Positions 27,211 through 39,400 of a stretch of 64,000 bases of DNA are shown piece after piece. The stretch lies in the sequence record MW760841.1, one strand, 5' to 3'. Position 1 is the stretch's first letter; each line of letters begins with the position of its first letter. The notes beneath the pieces are model-generated. The model saw nothing but the letters and a program-made list of their open reading frames with translations, was not told the origin of the DNA and searched no databases. Position numbers and translations under genes: made by a program.

Positions 27211-30200
27211 TTATAACCTCGGCATAAGATTAACGGCGATGTCAGTCGCGGTTTCCAGCCCATTCAGACTCACCCACTTCGTCGCCACAATCATCGAGGT
27301 GGCATCCTCAGCAACAATTACCGGTGGAGAGCACGAACAGTTCCCAGCCGAAACGATAGGCCAGAAGTTCTTCGTGGTCACAGGCAGAGCGATGGTCTCC
27401 GCATTAATAACCACCCCCGGCATCTCATTAGCAATGAGGTAGTACGGCATCGGAGTAGATGGGCCCGACGACGCCAGTAACGTTTCAGTGGTGGTTGCAG
27501 AGTCGTAATCGTAGATAGCAAAAGCCACCCAATTACTGGCGCTGCTTAACCAGTCGCCCGGTGTCCACATGCCGTCAATCTGCATCAACATCTGTTGGTT
27601 CGGCGTCACGGTAAAGGCCATCGTGGCACTGCTTCCCCGCGTCACTGTCATGGTTCTGCCGTTGAGCTTGAAGTCAATCGTCCCATTACCCCCAGACTTC
27701 GGTAAGTAAATTCTTACACGAATCTCGGATTTGGTTGGGGTGATTTTCGGCAAGCAACTGTACATTACGTTTGACGGCGGACGAGTAAACGTATGCCCCA
27801 CCCAGGTTAGCCCAGCGGTTGCACCTTCTGGGTTGTCACCGGATGTGATGGCTGCCGTTTTCGGCAACGGGAAGAACGAGGCTGCCATGTTACCAATTTC
27901 ACCCGGTGCGAACACCTTCGGCGTTTTGATAATCGTAGCCCGACGCTCAGAACGTCTCTGCGGTGAAATCACCGAGTTACTGTAACGCGCATCCAGATAC
28001 GAAGGCACCGAGGTCGGTTGCATCAGCGGTTCTTTGTGCAGCAAACCTAGAGGCGATAACGACAAGTCAGTGTGACGGTCAACGTCGTGACGGTATTCTG
28101 TCCCGGCGTGTTCCAGCATCTGCTTCAACCCACCCATGCGTTTCACTTTCTCAAGCTGGGTAGCAATGATGCGTGATGCATCAGTGGTCACGGTCCCGAG
28201 ATACAGACGGGTGTCCGAATCGGCTTGACGTGCATCCAGCAGTTGGTACTGCGGAACGTTATTCACCAACACGACATGCACGTAGAAGATGCGGTTCTGG
28301 TAGTTGCCTGGGAAGGCAGCTTTCAAATCCACCGAGTACGGTTGTGCCGTGTAATAGGTTGCCCCGATACGCCAGGAGGTGGCTTCCGTCATGTAGAAGT
28401 TCCACCCTTCGGCGGTCTTCACCCCTGCCAGAATCTCCACCGGTGAACCACTCGGTGTGTACATTCCCGCTGCCATCCAATCTGCAAGCGGTGCAGAGTT
28501 ACCCGCACAGAACGCCGGACCAATCGCCGTCAGGTTAGTGAGGCACAACTTGTCTTTCAGCGGCACCATATACGACGGGTCGTAATTGGTTCGGTGCATC
28601 CGGAGATGACCCGAGGTCGCCACGAACGACGTGGTAGCGTCGTATACAAGTTCCAGGTTTAACGCACCCGTGTTCCCCACTTGGTTAACCGAGAGGACGT
28701 TTGGAATGTACAGGATACCTTTCTTGTCCGTGCCTTCACAAAGGATAGACTGACCATAACGACGACCACGGCCACTGAAATCCGTAATGGAGATATTGAC
28801 AGTGGTGTAGTCCAGGTCATTCGTCGACCAGATACGCGATACCGTGCTGACCGGGAAGGTCACATCGCCCGTTACAGAGACTGACGGCGTTACACGGAAC
28901 ATGTAGTAGTCAACGAGGGTCTTACCGTTACGCACAGCCATACACGCCGCCTGTACCATCCACACCGCGTTAGCGGCTTTAGGACGGAACGTGAACAGCG
29001 AGATGAGCAGACGGTCAGCAGCATTGATACGCTCGAACGCATAGCCATTTGCAGAACCGGAACCCGGCGACGACTTCACGATGCCAATCAACTTGTTCCA
29101 TTCGGTCGAAGAGATGTTCAGCGTGGCCGCCGTTGGGGCAGCACCGACAGCCTGATAGTTCTGGCTACCAGCGGCATCCCAATAGCACCCGTCTAACGTA
29201 CCGTCATTAATAGCGGCGGTACACACATACGGCATGGTGGTCAACTTGAGATACGTGTTCCAGTCAAAATCCGTACGGTTGTTCGTCGGGCCGAACCCGC
29301 CATAGGCTGGGTCATACTTCGTGTCAGGGTCACACTCGACCAGAATAGCCTTGTTAGCCTGTACCGGACTCAACAGATAACTGTTTGAACCTACAAATAC
29401 CGGCGAACTCATGGACATCTCGTAGACTGACCCACGACCTTGGTTAAAGGCCCAGGCAGCAGCCTGCGGAGCACCCGGCTTCGACTTGCCTGACAAGAAG
29501 TCAAACGCGTCTAATCCGTTCGGTAACTTACCGGTGCTACAGCCCGCCATCGAAGTGGTTTCAGGTTGGTCCCAGAACACGGACAGGACATCGTCGCTGA
29601 ACGACACGTAGGTGCGGTTATTCGCCGACCCGTACGACCACTTCACATCCTGGTTGTAGTCGTTAATCTTCACGCCGGTGGCGAAGGTGATTCCCGTCTC
29701 ATCTACCACCATCGGGAAGATTTCCGGGTTATCAATAGCGATTGCTTTAGTTTCGAAGTCGAAAGTAAAGGAAGTCGGCCAGCGTCTGAATCCGGTACTT
29801 CCGGAGGCAGTGGCTAACCAGACCGACACGCAGAACCCCATGCGGAACTGGGTGTTCTTCACGACACCTGCGCGGTTCGCGTGGGGGCCATGTTGAATGT
29901 TCTTACCCTGTGTCCAGTAATCCCACCCAGCTTGGGTGAAATAGTGGGTACCGTCACGTTGGGTAATGCGGTCAGCCAGCGTTGCTTTCAGTAAGGTATA
30001 GTCACCGTTAGTACCGACGCCACCCGTCAGCGGGAAGTTCGTGAAGGTTTCACCTGGCTTACCTGACCATACACCCACACAGTAGCGTGTGTTGTCCAGC
30101 AGTGCTTTGATAAGGTAGACCTTATCTTTATACACAACCAATTGCATGGTTAAAGCGTCGATGGTAAGTGGGCGCGTGGCACCATCGCTGTTTTCCGTCG

Positions 30201-32229
30201 GAGGCGTGAACTCAAACACCGCGGTGTGCTTAGCATGGTTCAGCGTGCCATTGAACAGCACCAGATAATACTTACCGTCAGAACCGTAAGCAATCATCCC
30301 GTCATCACCCGGCAGAAGAATCTTCACGAGTCTTACACCTGGCGTCAACCCTACAGGCTTATAAGCCACGGATGTCTGTTGGCGGTTATTCAGTAGCCCC
30401 TCATCCGTCATCTCCGCATACGCGTAATAGATGTTGTCAGTGCCCGCGATGCCGTCGGAGGCATTACGTAACACATACAGTGTTCCGGCCTCTTTCCGCA
30501 CGATACCTAAACGACCGTTGTTGTCCAGGTTCTTCTGGTAGCCCGCAAAGTTACCCACTGTCGGAATTGGCAGGAAGCCTGGGTTACCGAACTGCGAACC
30601 GGCCGTTGTCCAGGCAGGCAGCAGCTTGTTGGCAATCTCCTTAACGGTGTTGATTTTCTGCTGAACGTTGTAACCTTGTTTCGCAGTCGCCACCTTATCC
30701 GTGGTAGCGTCAATCGCATCCCACAGCTGCACCAACCCTGCCACGGTATCAGAAGCGGTCGGTACGCCCGTCAGGTCAGCAAAGGTGTGCGTGTGGTCAG
30801 ACAACGCTTTGTTGTTCAGAACCGCCCTAATGGCGTTCGTGACCGGTTTCTCGTTCGGTCCCGTATTCTGCACATTCCCCAGACCGATATCCGCAGCCGT
30901 CAGGGTCAGTTCCTGATCCCCAGTGGTTGGGTTGGTAACAAACCCTTTGCCGTTGACTTTGTACGTCGCATCGACGTAGTTGTCCAACGTGGTTTTCAGA
31001 GCCGTCACCGCAGCCTGAGAAATCGCAGCACCGGCGGCGATGTTCGCTGAAATGGACGTCACCAGCAGCAGACCCGGAACGGTGTCGGTCGCCGTCGGGA
31101 CAACCGTCGACATGTTGACCGGTGAGTAGTCTTTCCCGCTCCCGTAAATCTTCACGGTTTCCGTGGACGAGAAATAAGCGTTGGCAGGCAACAGCTTCAC
31201 CGCTGACAGGTATAAAGAAACCATGTCCGGGGTAATCAGGTAGGCACCGTTAAAGATAGGAGCCTTCGCGCCAGAGAGCGCATACATGGCGTTCAAGCCC
31301 GAGGTGACTTCTACCCCGATACCTGGTTCGTTCTTATCCGCATCTGCCGTAATGGTAATCGGCTTGGTGGTGGTGATAAGGAACTTGTCGCCCTGCAAGG
31401 TGATGACATGGCTGGAGTCTGCGGTACGGAAGGTCAATGCTCCGTTGCTCAGAACCTTCATGCGTCCACGTAGTTCACCCAAGACCACCGGCATCAGTGT
31501 GTCGATATGGGTTTGCTGGATACCGCTGCGCTTCATCAGATCGACCAGTTCGTCGATAGTCTTCCCGAAGGCTTTGGTGGCATCAATCGCTTTGGTCAGT
31601 ACCTTTAAGGCCCCGACTTCCTCAGCAGTGTATTGGTGCGCGTTCTTCACCTTGTGGTGCTGGTACATGTTGTCGTCGAAAATCTTCTTGCCGTTGGCGA
31701 AGATTAAATCGGAGACCTCGGAATAGGCTTCATCCAAATCACCCGCACGCTCAACGATACCCAGACGAATCGCATCCAGTGCCGCAACGACGTCGTCACG
31801 CAGGATAGCTTCTTCCAGGCTGGTTGGTGGATCAATCGGAGCCACCACCGGTGCGTACTTCATCAGTTCAGACCAGTCCACATTACGTGGGTCTTTCAGG
31901 TCTGGCTTAACCAGGTACTTCCCGATTTCCGATTGCGGTACGCGGTATTCACGCCCAACGGAATAGATGGTGTAATCACATGCCGTTTCCGTGAGCAGCA
32001 TGATGCCGCCGAAGATTTGATCCTGATAGGCTTCGGCTGCTTCTTTGAAATAGTAGCAAAGGTAGTAATCCAACCCCTCCGTCAATGGACGTGGGTTCGG
32101 GCCAGTGCTAGTCAGCTTGAACCCAGTGCGGTAGAACGGCCCCTCGGGCGGTATTACAGCATTAAAGCGGTTCGGATACGTCTCTAGCTTTAGCGTCCCA
32201 CTGAACGGGGCTGGGGCTGTCGTCGACAT
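27211..32229 (-). CDS. Long tail fibre protein (about 1672 aa; start moved to ATG 32229)
   Basis: CAGGAG RBS before MSTT; PPEGPFY..L..GLDY, ADIGLGNVQNT, HTHTF..TAS..AGLVQL fibre motifs. Confidence 0.8.
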   Translation of the reverse strand: MSTTAPAPFSGTLKLETYPNRFNAVIPPEGPFYRTGFKLTSTGPNPRPLTEGLDYYLCYYFKEAAEAYQDQIFGGIMLLTETACDYTIYSVGREYRVPQSEIGKYLVKPDLKDPRNVDWSELMKYAPVVAPIDPPTSLEEAILRDDVVAALDAIRLGIVERAGDLDEAYSEVSDLIFANGKKIFDDNMYQHHKVKNAHQYTAEEVGALKVLTKAIDATKAFGKTIDELVDLMKRSGIQQTHIDTLMPVVLGELRGRMKVLSNGALTFRTADSSHVITLQGDKFLITTTKPITITADADKNEPGIGVEVTSGLNAMYALSGAKAPIFNGAYLITPDMVSLYLSAVKLLPANAYFSSTETVKIYGSGKDYSPVNMSTVVPTATDTVPGLLLVTSISANIAAGAAISQAAVTALKTTLDNYVDATYKVNGKGFVTNPTTGDQELTLTAADIGLGNVQNTGPNEKPVTNAIRAVLNNKALSDHTHTFADLTGVPTASDTVAGLVQLWDAIDATTDKVATAKQGYNVQQKINTVKEIANKLLPAWTTAGSQFGNPGFLPIPTVGNFAGYQKNLDNNGRLGIVRKEAGTLYVLRNASDGIAGTDNIYYAYAEMTDEGLLNNRQQTSVAYKPVGLTPGVRLVKILLPGDDGMIAYGSDGKYYLVLFNGTLNHAKHTAVFEFTPPTENSDGATRPLTIDALTMQLVVYKDKVYLIKALLDNTRYCVGVWSGKPGETFTNFPLTGGVGTNGDYTLLKATLADRITQRDGTHYFTQAGWDYWTQGKNIQHGPHANRAGVVKNTQFRMGFCVSVWLATASGSTGFRRWPTSFTFDFETKAIAIDNPEIFPMVVDETGITFATGVKINDYNQDVKWSYGSANNRTYVSFSDDVLSVFWDQPETTSMAGCSTGKLPNGLDAFDFLSGKSKPGAPQAAAWAFNQGRGSVYEMSMSSPVFVGSNSYLLSPVQANKAILVECDPDTKYDPAYGGFGPTNNRTDFDWNTYLKLTTMPYVCTAAINDGTLDGCYWDAAGSQNYQAVGAAPTAATLNISSTEWNKLIGIVKSSPGSGSANGYAFERINAADRLLISLFTFRPKAANAVWMVQAACMAVRNGKTLVDYYMFRVTPSVSVTGDVTFPVSTVSRIWSTNDLDYTTVNISITDFSGRGRRYGQSILCEGTDKKGILYIPNVLSVNQVGNTGALNLELVYDATTSFVATSGHLRMHRTNYDPSYMVPLKDKLCLTNLTAIGPAFCAGNSAPLADWMAAGMYTPSGSPVEILAGVKTAEGWNFYMTEATSWRIGATYYTAQPYSVDLKAAFPGNYQNRIFYVHVVLVNNVPQYQLLDARQADSDTRLYLGTVTTDASRIIATQLEKVKRMGGLKQMLEHAGTEYRHDVDRHTDLSLSPLGLLHKEPLMQPTSVPSYLDARYSNSVISPQRRSERRATIIKTPKVFAPGEIGNMAASFFPLPKTAAITSGDNPEGATAGLTWVGHTFTRPPSNVMYSCLPKITPTKSEIRVRIYLPKSGGNGTIDFKLNGRTMTVTRGSSATMAFTVTPNQQMLMQIDGMWTPGDWLSSASNWVAFAIYDYDSATTTETLLASSGPSTPMPYYLIANEMPGVVINAETIALPVTTKNFWPIVSAGNCSCSPPVIVAEDATSMIVATKWVSLNGLETATDIAVNLMPRL

Positions 32230-32260
32230 GAATAACACTCCTGCTCTTAAATAAAACGGA

Positions 32261-32313
32261 TACCGCCCCCGAAAGGGCGGTAGCTTGCGGACTAAGCACG
32301 CCCGCAAGCGTGC
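32261..32313 (-). terminator. Double stem-loop between tail-fibre genes
   Basis: TACCGCCC/GGGCGGTA and GCACGC/GCGTGC stems; weak T-tract. Confidence 0.5.
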
Positions 32314-32317
32314 CGTC

Positions 32318-35300
32318 CTATGCCCAACCGCCGAAGTCTGTACCGTCAGTTTGACGTTCAGTATCCATACGGTCTAACAACCAATTCCACATCTTCTCGG
32401 TCATGTGGAACGGGTTCTGTCGTACCATCATGTAACGCTTACCGGTGGAGAACAACTGCACCGGACTAGCCTGGGTCAATGTCTCCAACTCAACACTGGC
32501 GTTCGTGTAAGTCTTCAACGTGAACTCAAGTTTCAGATCGGTACGCAATGTGGATGGAGGTGTGAATTCCAGGAATACTGGACTTCCGCCAACCCAGTGG
32601 GAGTTATTCACCATCACCTCGATGACTTGTGGTGTGGTGTTATCCGGTGAGGCGGTCCAGGAACCCACGGCAATGCCTGTAGAGGCGTGCCATATTTTCC
32701 CAGCATACGTCGAACTGATAGTCAGCTTCATGCTGTACGGTGCCACATCATCACGCAGCTTTAACATGGCCGTAATGTTCGACAGGTGTGCTGCTTGCCC
32801 ACCGCTGGTTGCGTTCCAGGCTGAGAACCATTTCATTCCCGCAGCCAGCTTCAACGGTGAACCCTGACGCTGGTCACCTTGACAGAACGCAGATGGGAGG
32901 AACCCATCATGCGAACGTCCCACCGTACCACTGTCACCCGGCAAGGAAATCCATTCGGTTGACAGCAGCTCATCCGGCACCAAAGACGTTACGGTGTTGA
33001 ATGTGGTGTTCGTGCCACCGGTCAACGTCAAGGCATCCGCATCCACATACGACTCAAACAGCGAGCGGTAATAGTGGTACTTACTGTCGTCAAAGCCTGC
33101 TGAGGATAAATCCATCAGCGACGGTAATCCGACATAGCCCTCGGCAATACCGGTGGCGACCGGGCGTTGCACACCCACGAACCCTGAGAGATAATGGTGG
33201 AATTCGATATCGAACTTCACTTCAATCTCAGTGCAGTTGATGCTTTCTTGGGAACCATCGAAGAACAGCTGGAACACTCGCAGCACACGCGTATGGCAAT
33301 CGTAGCGATAACGAATGACGTAACGCGGGAACTGCTTCTTCAATGACACCAAGTCCAGCGCCGCAGCGCCGTCAGCGATATTCCCAGACCGCAGCACCGA
33401 CACGGTACACGGAGCATCCATTAACTGGAACTCTGGCATCGTTGCACGGACAGTGGAGTTTGTTGTCAAGGTTTTAGCGAAACCAATCTTTGGTTTCTGC
33501 AACCCATCAACACGCCACACCATCACGCGGTTACGGCGGTAGGAATAATCCGCACCGGCGGCATCGATTGCCCCCGCGAACACCAAATCAAACCCAGGGT
33601 GTGGCGCGTAGGTCGTCCTGAACATCCCGGTCGCAGCGATAGTGAAGCCGCCTTCGATAGTGGTGTGCCCGTCGGCTTTCGGGTTAAACGGCGTTACCCA
33701 GCGGAGTGGGGACTGTTCTTTCGCTTCCCATAAGGCCAGGAACGGAACGTCACCATTACCGCCAAACGTCATCATCCCTTTGTTGTTAACCCCGAGTGAG
33801 GCAATCTCACCGTAGACAGCACACCCTAACTCGAAACGCATTCTCCCCATCGGCACCATGGCTGGGTTGTCAGACAACTTCCAGTCGGCTTTCTGTGGTT
33901 TATGCGCATCCACCAGGGCTGCGTGATCGGAGAGTTCTTTCGCCATCCCGAAGTCAAACGTTTTCGGGAACGAGACAGACGATACCGTGAGGCCACCTGT
34001 CGGTAAATCCACGTAGCCAATCAACGCGTGCTCGATGTCGATATCCTGCGACTCCACCGGTTCCGCACGGCTGTAGATAGAGCCGGTAATCATGTTCAGG
34101 TACAGGTAATGACGCAAGCCATCGGCCTGGGTCACAAACTCTTGCAGCTGAGCAATTGGCTTACCCACATCGGAACGCACCAATGGCGCTTTCCCATCCC
34201 AGATTTCGTACATCATGCTGGCCGGTTTGGCCACGTCGGTACAGTCGGCACGAATTGCTACCGTGTGGGCGGTACCGTCATCGTTATCAAACTGCACGTT
34301 CACGTAGGCCGGGGAGTTCGCGGCGATTTTCTCGACACCGTCGACATACACCGTCACCTTACCACCGGCTGCCACATAGATGTCCAGTTTCCCGGTGTGG
34401 GTGACCACCCGTTCTTTCGACAGGATGGAAACCACCGACAGGTCACCCATCTGTCCCACGGTTTTCCCGACAGGTACAGCCAGTAACGGCAAGGCCGGTT
34501 GGTTCGAGATACCCGTCCACGCCAGTGTGCCGTTGGTGACGGACTTAGGCCAAGTACGCTCCATGGCATTGTACGGACTGAACCACTGGAACATCGGGGT
34601 CGTTTGCAGGTCAATCGTCCCGCTGACGACACCCGACTTCTTCTCGCCTTGTGACAGGTAGAAGTAGTCCATGTCCTGTACCGTTAACCCACGCTTCGTC
34701 CCCGTGACTGTCCAGGTGGAAGCGTCGACCGCAGCGAAGTCGGTAGAAGCACCGGTCTTCACGTCCGATACGGCGGCGGCCACGATATCTAAACGGTCAC
34801 TCAACGCTTTGAGCAGGTTAGGAGCCACACCCTTCTGGGAAGCCAGGCCGTCTTCTAACGACGTGTACCGGGCAATCCCTTTCTGGTTGTTGGACGCTAA
34901 CGGCAACAGCAGCTCATCCCAGGCGTGCTTGTGTCCCTTGATTGACAGTTCATCAAGGTCAACTTGCTGTTCCTGGGAAATCGGCTTATCCAGGTCTTTG
35001 GTGTTATCCACGTTACCCAGACCAATATCGGCTTTCACCAAGGTACGGGAACCGGTGTCCATTGCCCCGGAGTTAATCATGGTGGTCTTCGGTACGTACC
35101 CGCTGGCCTTACCTTCGTACGGCGTCAGTGACGCAGGCGTTGAGGCGAGGTTCGTTTCTGGCCCTGGGCCAGTTTTCAGCTTGGTAATCCCTTTGACCGT
35201 GGTGGAGGCCACCGGCGGGGTCAGGGTACCTTTAACCGGGTCAGCTCGAGAACCTTTACCGGTAAAGGACAGGCCATTACGACCTTGCACCCAAAGCTTG

Positions 35301-36412
35301 TTATCATCCGGGTCGGTGTTACCGCCCTCACTGCCATCTGACTGGTATTCCAGTAACAGGTTGGTGGTGAGCAGCACACGATCGTTCAAGGTCAACTTGT
35401 CCATCCCCAGCGCAGAACCCGAAGATTCAATACGCAGGGTGTTGACCCCCGACTTCCACTCCATGAACCGCACTGTGGCTGCTTCATCGTAACCGGCAGA
35501 CAGGATCACCGAACCGTTGGTCTTAATCGTGAACGCCGTATCCGTGAAGGTAATCTCGGAGGTGCCCGATTTCGACTTGAACAGCTGACGGTTAGCCGCC
35601 AGGGTTTGCACAAACACCCCGTTGACATCTTTACAGGCCCACTTCTCGATATAGTTATCGATATCGCTCTGCTGGAGGCCCAAGGCACGGATTTCAGCCG
35701 TCAGGGTACGTAAGGTCTTCCCGTAGGCTAAGAACGTGTCAGGGGTCTTCAGGTTCGCAGGATGGGCACCGGTCTGGGCACCGGTAATGTCGTGCGCTTT
35801 GTGTTCCGCAATGTGGGCCGGGTAGTTGAACGCCGCAATCTCGGTCTGGAGACCTTCGACGGTGGTTTTCAGGGCAGCGAGTTTGTCACGAATCAAATCG
35901 TTAGCCGCACCCGCATCCAGTTCCACATCACGTACCGCAGACGCCAGATACTTTTTGTTCAGCAGGTCAGCCCAACTGGTTGCCGCCGGTTTCGCCGGAT
36001 ACAAGGTTGGACGACCATCGAGTTTTAACCAATCCACATCGACCGGGTTGTTCAGATACTTCACCAAATCATCGAGCATGTCAATGAACGGTGAGTAGAA
36101 CGTATCCCCTAGCGTTTGACCGGTAATCTCCAGTGCCCCACCAATCAGTGGGTTCAACAGCTGGACACCGCAGAATACCGGGGAGGCTACCGAGTCTTCG
36201 AGTTCAGGCAACTGATACGCCAGTTGATAGTCAACCCCCAAGGTCAGGGGGTTGGTGCTACCGGCCGCTGTCACCACGAGACCCGTACCGAAGAACGGGC
36301 GGTGTTTGAGCATGAGAACCCGGTTTTCCGGGTCATCACTGTCTACCAGCCAATCTTCATGGAACGCGTTCTCAGGATTGGTACCCTTCCAGTCGTAAGG
36401 ATACGATTTCAT
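32318..36412 (-). CDS. Long tail fibre protein (1364 aa)
   Basis: YPYDWKGTNPEN..PFFG..LGVDY, ADIGLGNVDNT, HKH..LAS..KGI; GGAG RBS. Confidence 0.8.
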   Translation of the reverse strand: MKSYPYDWKGTNPENAFHEDWLVDSDDPENRVLMLKHRPFFGTGLVVTAAGSTNPLTLGVDYQLAYQLPELEDSVASPVFCGVQLLNPLIGGALEITGQTLGDTFYSPFIDMLDDLVKYLNNPVDVDWLKLDGRPTLYPAKPAATSWADLLNKKYLASAVRDVELDAGAANDLIRDKLAALKTTVEGLQTEIAAFNYPAHIAEHKAHDITGAQTGAHPANLKTPDTFLAYGKTLRTLTAEIRALGLQQSDIDNYIEKWACKDVNGVFVQTLAANRQLFKSKSGTSEITFTDTAFTIKTNGSVILSAGYDEAATVRFMEWKSGVNTLRIESSGSALGMDKLTLNDRVLLTTNLLLEYQSDGSEGGNTDPDDNKLWVQGRNGLSFTGKGSRADPVKGTLTPPVASTTVKGITKLKTGPGPETNLASTPASLTPYEGKASGYVPKTTMINSGAMDTGSRTLVKADIGLGNVDNTKDLDKPISQEQQVDLDELSIKGHKHAWDELLLPLASNNQKGIARYTSLEDGLASQKGVAPNLLKALSDRLDIVAAAVSDVKTGASTDFAAVDASTWTVTGTKRGLTVQDMDYFYLSQGEKKSGVVSGTIDLQTTPMFQWFSPYNAMERTWPKSVTNGTLAWTGISNQPALPLLAVPVGKTVGQMGDLSVVSILSKERVVTHTGKLDIYVAAGGKVTVYVDGVEKIAANSPAYVNVQFDNDDGTAHTVAIRADCTDVAKPASMMYEIWDGKAPLVRSDVGKPIAQLQEFVTQADGLRHYLYLNMITGSIYSRAEPVESQDIDIEHALIGYVDLPTGGLTVSSVSFPKTFDFGMAKELSDHAALVDAHKPQKADWKLSDNPAMVPMGRMRFELGCAVYGEIASLGVNNKGMMTFGGNGDVPFLALWEAKEQSPLRWVTPFNPKADGHTTIEGGFTIAATGMFRTTYAPHPGFDLVFAGAIDAAGADYSYRRNRVMVWRVDGLQKPKIGFAKTLTTNSTVRATMPEFQLMDAPCTVSVLRSGNIADGAAALDLVSLKKQFPRYVIRYRYDCHTRVLRVFQLFFDGSQESINCTEIEVKFDIEFHHYLSGFVGVQRPVATGIAEGYVGLPSLMDLSSAGFDDSKYHYYRSLFESYVDADALTLTGGTNTTFNTVTSLVPDELLSTEWISLPGDSGTVGRSHDGFLPSAFCQGDQRQGSPLKLAAGMKWFSAWNATSGGQAAHLSNITAMLKLRDDVAPYSMKLTISSTYAGKIWHASTGIAVGSWTASPDNTTPQVIEVMVNNSHWVGGSPVFLEFTPPSTLRTDLKLEFTLKTYTNASVELETLTQASPVQLFSTGKRYMMVRQNPFHMTEKMWNWLLDRMDTERQTDGTDFGGWA

Positions 36413-36423
36413 TTATACTCTCC

Positions 36424-39400
36424 TTAATCACGCACTACCACAGCGGTGTAGTTCACACCGTCGCTGTAGGTCGCTAAGCGGTCTTTGTTCAGATAATCAG
36501 GAACCCCATCTGGACGCTTGGCAGCCGAAGCGAGGTCCTTTGCAGCCGCAGCTGTACGAACATCGGTATTCGACAGCTTGGTTGCAGAAGGTGCGGTGAT
36601 AACGCGAATACGGTTCATCTCAGAAATGTTCTGGATGTAATCGAACGCGGTTTCATAACCCGGACGTGGAGTGAAGGTAGCCATTTCGTACGACAGTCCG
36701 ACCGTCGTGTCCGCGTCTAACGTGCCACCGATGCCGTGATACACGGGCCAGGTGATATCGTTAACCAACGGCGAGATGTCAATTTGTGCAGCGGTCAGGT
36801 ATGGTGCCAGGTCGTAAATTTCGGTGACTGCTGCCGCCCCGTAGGTACGCCAGAAGGTCACTTTCTTCCCGACCAGGTCTACCGCGAAGCTAAACCCATA
36901 AGGGCTAACATTCACCGTACCGGTAATCTGCAACGCCCCATTACCTACACGACCTAAGTTGAAGGTCACGAGCGGTGTGATGCTGTTCCAGTTCGCTGCC
37001 GTAGTAAACGAGGAAGCGTTAATACCGATTAACACCTGACGCATGGTGCCGTAGTTGATAGCAAAGCCCAGGTAACACAACATCCCTTCACTGCCGGTAA
37101 TGTTGTTGGTGCGCTGCATCAGCAGAGAGATGCGATTGCGGCGACCTTTACTGTCTTCCCAGGAGGCCATCACCACTTCGAATACCGACGCTGCTGTGTC
37201 CACCGACGACGTAAAGGCCGCGATGATGTTGCCTGAGGTTCTGATCGGGCACTGGTGAATCAGGTGGCGGTGGTTTGCTACCCCAGTAGCCGTCTTTCTC
37301 AGCAACAGGCTCGACGCGTTGTTCCAGTCCACGTTCTCCATTGGAACATAGTCCGGCCCTTTCAGCATACGCCAGTCACCGTCAAAACGACGAGTACCCA
37401 CAACCGCGTTGTTCCATACCGGCCCATCCTTCGTAAAGGTATAACCGAATTGGGCTTGCGTTGGTCCGCGTGGAATATGCGCGCTGACATCAGCGGCGTG
37501 TTCTTCCAACTCACGGAACGCACCAAGGCGCGTGGTATTGCGAACGGACAGCCCGGAGATTTGGGTTTCATCGGTATAGATTTCACCGACCCGCGTCAGG
37601 GTTTCCGTTTCTGCAAAGGCCACGTTGTCCTTTAACACGTATTGCGCGTTGTCGCCCACGAGGTCGACGAAAATACCAATCACAGTATCTTCATGCGTCA
37701 CCGGGAACAACTCTGCCAGGTTAAAGGTTGCGGTCGGTACCGGGTAGTCTTTCTTCACGAAGTAGTTATTCGGATTCAGCACTACCATCCAGCCATTATA
37801 GCTGGCCCCGTTCATCACTTCGCTGTTACCGGATGCGCCAAAGCGCAGGATATCGATAATCGCTTCGGTGTTGGAGTTGTTTACCGTGTCCTCGAGTTTC
37901 TCCACCGCATCAAACTGCCCCACCACGTACTGCCCGTCTAACGCCAGTGTGGCGTCATTGACCAAGCCCCCGAATTGTACCAGTCCGGCTTTTGCCGTCG
38001 TGGCATTACCAATCCCGAAGGTTGCTGCATCATGGGTATGGCCGTTCTTCGCATACTTCGCCATTTCTTGACGTTGTAGGCTAGAGGTCGGTAAAGAGAG
38101 GTCAGCAATGTTTTCCACGCCGTCCAGGTTGAAGCTGGTTTTATCCAACGACACGGATGACATCAGGGACAGGCCGTTGATGTACGCTTTGGCCTGTTCC
38201 AGTTTACCGGTGAACTCGTTCGCCAGTTTCTGAATCAGAGCGGGAGTAGCCGCCAGAGAATCTGACGTACCAAACTCCGTGGTCAGCATACGCATCGCCA
38301 ACGCGGCTGTATCAACGTCGTCCGGTGCAACCCAGGTAAAGATAAACGGCATAGACTGAATACCGCTACCTGTCACCGTAACTGTTGTGGTGCTGGAACC
38401 GTAGAAGATCCCGGAACCTCCACCCTCGTTACCCGGTAAATAAGGCGCGATGGTGGTCGGGTCAAGAATCTTCTTACCGTTCCATTGCAGCTCACGCGCA
38501 TCCGGGTACAACACCAGCGCATTCGCGCCCGCATTGAAAGTAATAGGCTGACTGCCTGCACTGATGGTTGATGAGCCACGCGCAATCAAGCGCACCACTT
38601 TATCATCCACTTGCAGGTTAGTCCCCACCCCTGAGGCTTCGGTGTCTTTGGCTGAGGTAATAGAAGACAAACCCGGCAGCATGGTAAACGTGCCCGTAAT
38701 CGTACGCGGGGTCGCTGTCTTCCTGAGCATCTTGTCAGAGAAGTCAGTGGCCTTCGCACTACGCTGGTTCACGTAATCCGCTAACTGTGGCTGTGTCTTA
38801 CCAAACGCCAAGGTGGCGTCATCGGCAATCCCGTTCAGCTCGATAGCCCGCATCCGACCGTAAGACTGGTCGCCGTGTGGGTTGTCTTTACGCAGGATGT
38901 GTGGGTGTGCTGGCGCTTCACGGTATAGCTTGTCAACGAGGCTATGATATTTTTTCAGCAATGACAGAACATCAGAGCCGTCCGGGGTACCCGCATTCGC
39001 ACCAGGGATTTCCTGGAATGAGAACGTATCGTTCACCCCGACGGGGAACCAATAACGAATATCGGTTGTGCGCTTTGATAGCCGTGAGGCAATCCCATCC
39101 GCTGCCCAAACAGCAGACAGTACAGCAGGCGGGTTTGCAAAATCCAACGTCGTGTCCAGGAGCACCGCACCGTCTTGTTCCACTTTAATGGAGATGGTGT
39201 CATTCGTCCAGCTGTTAACCACCGTCACTTTGAACGGTTTAGCGAACAACGCTTTTCCGATAACCGCAGAAGATGCGAATGTGGTTTCCGTGGTCGGCCT
39301 GGAACTCGGCGAACTGTACAACAGCGCCTGTAGCTTGTCATCTTTAAATAACAAGTGAATACCGGCAAAGCCGCTACCCCAGAAGTTACGCAGGGAAAGT

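Noticed and set aside
34671-35492. 273-aa + strand ORF and many other 60-180 aa ORFs antisense to the fibre and cassette genes
   Set aside because: Shadows of long genes with family motifs; no independent signals.
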